DNA of 64,000 nt from Azolla caroliniana (taxonomy: Eukaryota; Plantae; Polypodiophyta). The notes below the pieces were generated by a model. The model was not told the origin of the DNA, ran no database searches, and saw only the letters and a program-made list of their open reading frames with translations. Positions within the stretch are counted from its first letter, which is position 1; each line of letters begins with the position of its first letter. The translations under genes and the position numbers were made by a program. Where the stretch lies: NCBI GenBank assembly GCA_043228905.1, contig JBHGNT010000012.1, positions 3,906,001 through 3,970,000 of the forward strand. Reading direction: 5' to 3'. This document shows positions 54,950 through 64,000 of this stretch, piece by piece.

Positions 54950-57490
54950 TCATGTTGTTCGCAGTAAGAATGGTACCGGTGGCGGGAACAACCAACGAGG
55001 TGGTACATAGTTCCACCTAACCTCAGTGCCTACATCTAACATTATAGGAATAGCTTACCAAACTCGTCGAAATCTCCTTCTTTTTCGAATAGATGTGTTT
55101 CCAGAGCCCTTATAACTGTCATACTCACCTTTAACCGTATGTACTAATAAGTTCCAAAAAGACTTTACCTGATCCATAACGTGATTGTCTTCATCATTGT
55201 ATAACTTGGAACACCTAGCTTTCCAAAGAACCCATAGAGACAACGAGGAGACAATCTGCCAAACATAACTCCGCGAGAAGAACTTGATTCCTTGCAAGGA
55301 GCTTGAAGTAGAATATACCTGAAAACTTCTTACATGTAAAGACAAGGAAGAATGATTATAATGATAAAAAGCCCTTTGTTGATCCAACATTCCCCGGAAG
55401 ACTGCACCCCACGTGAAAATAGCCGACCTATACTTACGACCTAGAAGCCTAAGAATTCGACACCAAAAACTTTTTGCGGAAACACATTCCCAAAATACAT
55501 GATGCAATGTCTCATCCGCAAACCCACACATAATACATGACCGATTACTCACCGATCCCCTCAACAAATCACCTACTGGCAATGCATAATGAATCATCAA
55601 CCACCGAAAATGCAATATCTTATTCATGCATTTAATTGACCAAAATTGTTTCCAAAACATCACCATATGAGCAGATGAAACATTACCTTCCTCCCAATAC
55701 TTTTTTCCAACAGGTATCGGCTCAGTTTGCTTCAACATAAAATTCTTGCCAAACGCCACTGAATATGTGAAGAAAGGAAGGACCTTAGTCGAAGAGTCAG
55801 ACATGGACAATTTCCAACCATAATCCGCTGGATCCCATTGCAAGTCATCAATTGGTTTAGAGTCTAACACCGAAATATGAGATGAGAAATTAGCTAGTGG
55901 ACTAGGATCGATATATATATTTTTATCTAATCTAGCAATTACTCGCACTGGCAATTGCTTCGCAACGGACATGATTGGAGACTCCTCATCCACTAGTATC
56001 AACCTACCATTGTCCAAAACTTCATAAAAATGGAGGCTTCCATTTTGATGATATAACCGAGCTCCTATGAGTATATTGAGTGTCGAGAACATACCATACC
56101 AACTCTGAAAATGATCGAATTGCAAGGTTGGCACTGTGACCTGAGACACCGTGGACAATTGTGATAACATGATCTGAGCCCCTCTTCATAGAGGATTGCA
56201 TAAACTTTATCCAATCTGCAATCGTACGAGCTGGTCCACTGTCCATTGTAGCCCATGATAACCTAGGGCGTAAACCCAAAACACATGCAACTTCATCAGT
56301 AAAATAAAGGATTCCATATCAATGGTTGACGCATAAATTGATTATAGCTTTTCGGTGGCAAGAAAACAAGTGCTTGCCGAAGTCTTTCCCATGCCCGAAA
56401 AATTCCATTGAAGAAACGCAATGATCCATCATTGGACTTAGGTAGCTAGAAATCTGCATTAAAGAACCATCTAAGACTATCCTTTCATTGACCACCTACT
56501 GAAGGCTTGACCTTATGTAAATGCTGAATCCATAGCTTTTTCCATAACTCCTCTCCTGTCAATAAACTCCTAACAACATGTTTAGTAAGTAAAGCTTTGC
56601 TTTGCACAACTGGATCAATCAAACCTAAACCTCCTTTTTGTTTAGATTGTATCAAAACAAACCAAGCTACCTTTGCTACAGAATTGTCTGACCTATTGTT
56701 CCCCCAAATAAAATTTCGTACTAAACGTTGAACTTTTAACATTATTGACCTAGAAAACAACCATGTAGATGCTATATACCAAATTGAGGACAACAACACC
56801 GAATTAGCTACAACTACCCGTCCAGCTAAGGATAATTTTTCTTTATTGCAATATACTAATTTATTTCTTAATCTTAACAATAAGGGCGCAATCATATCTT
56901 TTGTCTTTAATCCCACACCCACTCGACAACCTAGATATCTAGTAGACTGACCTTGAGGTATCCATGTGAATCCTAAGGAAGGTACATTAACTGGTGGATC
57001 TCCTGAAGCGACCCAAAAACCTGATGATTTATCCCAATTTATCAATGCACCCGTTGCATCTGAGAAATCATCCACGGCCATTTGCACATGTAACAAATTA
57101 CAATGTGAGGCTTGAACATATAAAGCTGTATCATCAGCGAATTCACTATCCACACTAGCATTTGCCAGTGGTAGTGCTAAACCTTTAATATTTACATATT
57201 GAGAATTTAAATGTACAGAAAATGCTTCAGATACTAGTAAAAACAGGAAAGGAGCAAGTGGACATCCCTGCCGTACAGATCTTGAAATAGAAAACTGTCG
57301 ACCAATGTCCCCTGCAAATAAGAGAGAACTATTTGCATTACGATATAATGCTGAAACTCCTCGTATCCATTTGCTTGGGAAACCCATCCTAAAGAGCGCG
57401 TTTCCTCCATAAAATCCCAGTCCACTCTGTCGTAAGCTTTTTCAAAATCAAGAAATAACACTGCCAGATCTTGCTTCTGCATTATCAAAT
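54950..57490 (-). mobile_element. 5'-truncated L1-clade LINE ORF2 (RT and zf-RVT), frameshifted
   Basis: LFLDFEKAYDRVDW, SVRQGCPLAPFLF, EFADDT, RYLG, KQKGGLGL, CIMCGFADETLHHVFWEC, LWVLWKARC. Confidence 0.92.
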
Positions 57491-58916
57491 CAATTAGGTG
57501 TAATTTAACACAACATTGGTTGGAGCTCTCATGAACCCAAACAAACCATTCACATGTGCTTGACTATGGAAAGTTCCCCTATAGGGAGAGAGAGTTGAGC
57601 AATTGATTGTACCAAGTTATGCATTGTAATAAGAATCAAGTGAGAAGTAAAGGCAAACAATAACAAGATCACAGAGCATCCTCATTGTATCGATAATGTC
57701 AATGCATTCATCCTAGTCATTTCGCCATTCATCATAAAATATGACATTGCACCTATCCCCTATGTGAAAATGACGTTTGATATCCTTACGCCAAACCCCA
57801 TATGCGACATAAATTTGGGTAATAAATATCTAATATGTGATCATACCTAATAAATATCTAATTATTATGAGAGATGTATTTGCCCAACCAAATCTATGCA
57901 TACAGATAGTGGAAAATAGAAGGTGACACCTTTTGAAGCCTTTTTGTTGTTACTTTGGATCATATATTCTCACTCTACCATGAGGTACAACTCTTTGTAG
58001 AATTTTAAAGAGGACTCCATAAGTTTGACCCCCCACTTTTCATCTATTTCACACTAGAAGGGGGGTTTGTTTATTTTCACCCACTAAAAAAGGGTTTATC
58101 TCATTGGGGGAGCATAGTTGCATATCCTCCAATCATTATTGTTGTTTTGATTGTTATGTGTCCTTGGCCTCAACCCTCTCATTGAATAAAACATAGATGA
58201 TAATATGTGAAAATTTTCAACTTTGGTATGTTCTTTAGTTTCCTACCCACATACGAATGCTTATGACTCATGAGCCTTGCTTGTTGGAAATAGATTACAA
58301 AAATTAATGACCAATTACAATGTGTAATTGTTTATACAACTAGCATTTAAATATTCTCTCATAATTGACTTATTATTATTCATGTATAAAAAGAAATATT
58401 AGTCACTTAGGAAAGTAAATATTCATGCATTGGAGCGACCATTTCCTCTTCGTAGCAGAAGCAATATTCAAGTCTCGGGTCGAAATGGGCAAAATCAAAG
58501 GACATTACTTGACAAATATAGAATTGTATTGTTCAACATCATTAAGATTTATTCCTATGGACGAAATCAGTGATATGCAAAAGTCCAAACCTTCACCTCA
58601 TGTTAAGTGAGAAGTGAAAGGATGAACTCATTCATTGAGTGCTTGACGTTTATGTGGGCACATGCCATGTGTCAACAACCATAAATCTAATCTCCCACTT
58701 TTTCTTGTGTGTCATATTTCATTTATGTTTGAAGCTTTCTCCAAACATGGATAGTGCAACATTGCCTTTGTTGGATGCTTTTATGCATCTTTAGCTCATA
58801 TACCCCAAAATGTACTCAACTTAGGCACAATGTATTTAGATGTGTATGGAGATGGACATGAACTCTAGTCATCATAGGTAGAACAAAGATAACTCTTTCT
58901 AGATTGCAAATGTGCA

Positions 58917-59638
58917 AGATTGCTTAAGACAAGCAATTTAGTTGTACAACTCATGTGAGGTGGATGAGCATAAGAAAAGGAAGAAAAGCATGAAATAAAA
59001 CAAGGTTGAGAAAAGACCGTAGTTGAAGCACATTCAATAACTACATCAACATGTGATATTTGTTTTAGGTCATCTCAAAAGTTTACACATTTGCTTGAGG
59101 ATTTCTACACATCCCGATTCTTTGTCTCTTTTTTCTTTCACACACTTGCAAATGGGTCGCCTTCATGAAATCATATACATGTTCATGAGTCTACCAACTT
59201 GTCATTCATATTTAATTTAGCATCATGCTATTGAATGATGATTTCTAGACTTAAAGTGTGTAACCTTGACATGTGATAGATTGCTTAAGACAAGCAATTT
59301 AGTTGTACAACTCATGTGAGGTGGATGAGCATAAGAAAAGGAAGAAAAGCATGAAATAAAACACAGTTGAGAAAAAGACCGTAGTAGAAGCACATTCAAT
59401 AACTACATCAACATGTGATATTTGTTTTAGGTCACCTCAAAAGTTTACACATTTGCTTGAGGATTTCTACACATCCCGATTCTTTGTCTCTTTTTTCTTT
59501 CACACACTTGCAAATGGGTCGCCTTCATGAAATCATATACATGTTCATGAGTCTTCCAACTTGACATTCATATTTAATTTAGCATCATGCTATTGAATGA
59601 TGATTTCTAGACTTAAAGTGTGTAACCTTGACATGTGA
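58917..59638. repeat. Near-perfect 361-bp tandem duplication
   Basis: 58917-59276 is repeated at 59278-59638 with only a handful of differences. Confidence 0.97.
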
Positions 59639-59979
59639 CATATTACGAGGTTTGATATAACATGTCACATCTCTTTTAGCGTGATGAGATAATATTTAGA
59701 CTCTTGGGTAGGCACTTACGTAATCTATTTAGAGAATTTTGTTGGGAATGTCATATATGTTTCTACTTTTCCTTAATCAAACAAATAAAAATGTTATTTT
59801 GCACATTTATATTTACAAGGAATATTGCCTATGTTTCTACCTTTGTGTAATCAAACAAATGAGAAGTTCTACTTTGCATATAATTTGTGTTTATCATTTG
59901 AGATTAGAAATTGCTCTTGAAAATATGGATGTGAAAAATAACTTCTTACAACTCAAGCTTTGAAAAGAATATCATGTCC

Positions 59980-60020
59980 TGTAAAGAATTAGATGGATTC
60001 TGTGTAGCGAAAGAACTATC

Positions 60021-60053
<33 letters not shown>

Positions 60054-62564
60054 CTCATGATTACATAAAATCAGAAAACTGTATTACCACGAAAGCAAAA
60101 AGAACCAACAATTACAAAGACAAGGAGAAGGTGCATATGTAGTCACCTTTTCTCTAGATTCTCTCACTAGAGTCGCCTCTTGAGAAGAGGTCGAGTCTTA
60201 ATTACTTAAAGAATATGTGTCATAGAACATTAACTTCTATGACATACTAGTTACTATACAAGGAGGTGGGGTGTTCACACACTTGAGTAGCCTAAAGTGT
60301 GTTCCCACACCCGGGAAGTTGAGTTTGATTCTCAACACGCCCCTTCAAACACAACTTCTGGTCGTTGGATGGTTGGTTCAGACTGGTCTTCAGGTCGTCT
60401 TGAGTCGACTCCATCTTCGGTTGGTTCGGATGTCCAGTTCACTCTTGCTCCTTACTCCCCCTCAAGCTCGACTGGTCGACAGTCGAAAGACCCAGGTTCG
60501 TTGTGAACTGTCGCAACTTGTCGACTCCTAGGGCCTTGGTGAAGATGTCGGCCATCTGCAAGTTTGTGCTAACGTGTTGCAGGTCGACATCTTCGGCCAG
60601 AACACACTCTCAGATGAAGTGATAGTGCACTTCGATGTACTTAGTCTGAACATGGAAGACTGGGTTTTGAGCGAGGTGGATACTACTCATGTTGTCGCAG
60701 TAGAGGAGAATTGGATCCTTGATGGGAACGCCCAGATCCTTCAAGCTTCTCTTGAGCCAAACGACGTCACATGCGGCTATGACCGCACACCTATTCAGCT
60801 TCGGTGCTTGACAATGCGATTGTCGGCAGTTTCTTACTACTCCACATTATGGCGCCGTTGTCAAGAGAGAAAACAAATCCGAATGTCGATCTTCGGTCGG
60901 CTCTATAGCTAGCCTAGTCGACATTGATATACCCTTTGAGTTGAATCAATGTGTCCGATTTGTAGAGGATGCCGAAATCCATGGTTCCACTCACATACCT
61001 TAGCAATCGCTTAGCATAGTCGAGATGGATTTCTCACGGAGTTTGCATGAATTGTCTAAGGAGGCCGATTGGGTAACTCAAGTCGGGTCAGGTAATTGTG
61101 AGGTAGATGAGGCTTCCGACTAGTTGATGATAGTGCGTCGGCTCACACTCTCTAGTGCTTGAGTCGACATCTAGCTTTAGTTTTCGATCGAGAGGAGTAG
61201 TGACGGGCTTACACTATGTCATCCCAAACTTGTAAAGAAGATTGAGGATATAGTGCCTTTGAGAAAGCATGATGCCGTCAGGAGTCTGAATTACTTCTAT
61301 TCCTAGAAAGTAATGAAGCTCCTTCATGTCTTTCATTTTGAATCGGCTAGAGAGGAGCTTCTTGATCTACTTTATCTATGCTAAATGCTCTCCTCCAATG
61401 ACCAAGTCATCCACATAAATGATGATAAATACTTGTCCTTTGGAGTCGCTCCGGATGAACAGAGAGTTGTCGGACTTGGACATGGTGAAGCCGATTTGAT
61501 GAAGATATTGCATTATTTTCGAGTGCCATGCTCTTGGTGCCTGCTTGAGATTGTAGAGAGGCTTTTTGAGTTAGCAGACAATAGTCGGATGCGTAGTCGA
61601 CCCGAATCTAGGTGGTTGTATCATGTACACCTCTTCTTCTAACTCACCTCGGAGAAAGGTGTTCTTTACATCCATTCGGTGGAGGTGCCACCCTTTTGCT
61701 GCTGCAAGCACGATCACGGTTTGAATTGTAGTTATCTTTGCCACCGGGGCAAAGGTCCCTTAGTAGTCGATGTCGTGCATCTGTGCGTAGCCGAGCCTTG
61801 TACCGATTGACAGTGTCGTTGGTGTTGTGCTTCACTTTGAAGATCACCGACATCCAATTGCCTTTTGGTGGTGTGACGAAGGGACAAGATCCCATGTCTC
61901 GTTCTTGGAGAGTGCTTGCATCTCCTGATTCATCGCTTCGACCCATCTAGTGTCCTTCGCGACTTCGGAAAAGGTTTCCGTTCTTGGACTGTCGCCACCT
62001 GCATTATGAATGCATAATGATATGCCATGTAGTCGTTGTAGCCGAATCGACTAACTACGCTCTTTTCTCGGGTGGATCAACGTGGTTCTCCTGGTGTCCT
62101 CATGATGGGTGCATCCAATCTACCAAACTCATTGTCGGGTAAGTGAGTCGATTCATTTCCATCTGAGTCTTCGTACTCGGGCATTTTGGCCTTTCCTTTT
62201 TCTTGTTTCGGACTCGGCCGCGACATGCTTTGGTCACTTGGAGGGTCTTGTGGTCCACTTAACCTGGTTGAGATTGGACTTTCCTCTGATGTGGGACTCG
62301 GTTGATCCTCCTCCTCCGTATCTGTGTCGAACTTGGTTTCAACTGTGTTGGATGGGATCGATTTGATTGTATATCAGGATGTTGACTCGTTGAATACCAC
62401 ATCCCTACTCACTCGTACCTTCTTGGTGGAAGGGTTGAAGCACTTATATCCTTTTTGCTCGAGTGAGTACCCTACGAGTATACATTTCTCTGACTTGGGA
62501 TCGAGCTTTTATCGCATCTCATCGGGAATATGTACATATGCAATTGAACCGAATATTATGACGT
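59980..62564 (-). mobile_element. Ty1/copia element (3' LTR 59980-60337, PPT, RT/RNase H, integrase C-terminus), degenerate, interrupted by a gypsy element
   Basis: PPT AAGGGGCG before TGTTGAG; IFKVKHNTNDTVNRYKARL; IIYVDDLVI; LQMADIFTKAL; integrase-end FGSIAYVHIP. Inserted into an older copia RT remnant (MDVKNNFL, ~59925). Confidence 0.88.
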
Positions 62565-62649
62565 TGTTAGGAATGGTACTAAGATAAAGAGGGAATTAGT
62601 ACTAAAAGATGAGGATTTGTACTAAGAGGGGTGTAGAACTCTCGGGAGA

Positions 62650-62699
<50 letters not shown>

Positions 62700-64000
62700 A
62701 ACAAAAGATATATATTATATGAAGAGAATATACAGGAATAGCTAGGAGGCTTAAGATTGGCGTTGAACTGATTTGGTACTCAATAATGCCATGTGCCTCT
62801 TTTTATAGTGGCTTAGGAATACTCTAGAAATGTGGCTTAGGAATACTCTTGACATTTCTGAATGTTCCAGAGAAATCTAGAATATACATGGATTTCCTAA
62901 CTGAAATAATAAATGGAAATAATGTTCTTTGTATTGTAATGTATGACTTAATAGTAAGGCTTAACCCATGTGATACAAGGGCATGGGTTCAAATCCTTTT
63001 GAAGCCATACCATGCTATATCATGACACTTACCCCCCCCCCCCCCCCCCTTCCCCCCCTTTTAAGACGACGAGTGTTACGAGTCATCTTAGATGGCTTGT
63101 CGAGATATTGTTGATGAAAGTCCTCAACAAGAGCTCGAGCATTTACCACATTCTCGATTGGTTCCCAAGTACGCTCGCTTAGACCATAGCCTAGCCAATC
63201 AACCAAATAGTAGAGCTTGTTGCGAACAATCTTGGAATTGAGGATGGCAGCAAATTCGTACTCCGGTCCTGCTTCAAGCTTGATCTGATGTGGAGGTGGT
63301 GTAATACGATTTGGAATAGTGTTGTCTTGATACGGTTCAAGAAGAGAACTATGAAAAACCGGATGTATTCGTAGTTGCGGAGGTAGATCGAGACGAAAAG
63401 CGACATCATTAAATTTTCTGATAATAAGGAAAGGACCTAATCGTCGATAGTTCAATTTATTGCATGGGGAAGCCGATGACGATCTGCATAATCCTTCTGT
63501 TTTTGTTGAGCTTGTTGTAAATGAGTAGATAAGGCTGCCTGTATCTTGTGTAGCCGCTCTAAACGATCCTCTGCACAAGGATTTGTGGGTAAATCCGGAG
63601 TTTCGAATACACGCCATCGAGGATGATAGCTTACATAAGCATAAAATGGTGCAACCATAGTCGATGAGTGGACAAAGTTATTATATGAAAATTCGGCAAA
63701 GTGGAGAATATCTGCCCAATCATCTTGTTGATAGTTTAGAAAACACTGAAGATATTGTTCCACTGTTTGATTTGTTCGGTTTGCTTGTTCATCTGTTTGC
63801 GGGTTGTAGCCGGAGGAGAGGTTACAAGTGACCTTGAGCATTTTGAAGAGATGCGTCCAAAATTTCGAGACGAATTGGGGTCCACGGTCGCTGATGATAC
63901 TATCGAGGAGGCCATGATGCCGACATACCTCATGCATGACAATTTCGGCGGTTTCTTCACTAGTGATTTTGTTAGTACAAGGCAAAAAATGTGTCATCTT
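62565..64000 (-). mobile_element. Second chromovirus copy (3' LTR 62565-63027, PPT, chromodomain-integrase), runs off the window end
   Basis: Integrase and chromodomain frames are highly similar to 14120-15200. LTR TGTTAGG...CATGACA is homologous to 13716-14150. G-run PPT at ~63030-63060. Confidence 0.93.

Overview
Eukaryotic, intron-rich, TE-dense nuclear DNA from a land plant. A non-seed plant such as a fern is likely (inferred from the Tcn1-like chromovirus, RTEX-like LINEs and the PPR motif style). Four apparently intact spliced host genes: a mitochondrial-type class A DnaJ (GFA2-like, +, ~165-6226), a PMEI-less pectin methylesterase with a His-rich N-terminal extension (+, 21659-27135), phytoene synthase (+, 36764-39364) and a group I CDPK (-, 45074-49862). 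The rest is nested retroelements: RTEX-like and L1 LINEs, several decayed Ty1/copia elements, and a full-length chromodomain Ty3/gypsy element (13716-19446, -) inserted into a LINE, plus a second copy, a solo LTR and LTR-end fragments of related families. The most striking unexplained signal is a tRNA-derived A-box/B-box module with near-canonical tRNA spacing. It lies antisense at the U3 edge of each of these chromovirus-type LTRs (5-6 diverged copies). The full-length element has no tRNA primer-binding site but shows a Tf1-like self-priming arrangement and a -1 frameshift signal. Exon coordinates were read by eye from GT-AG boundaries and frame continuity. No database searches were run.
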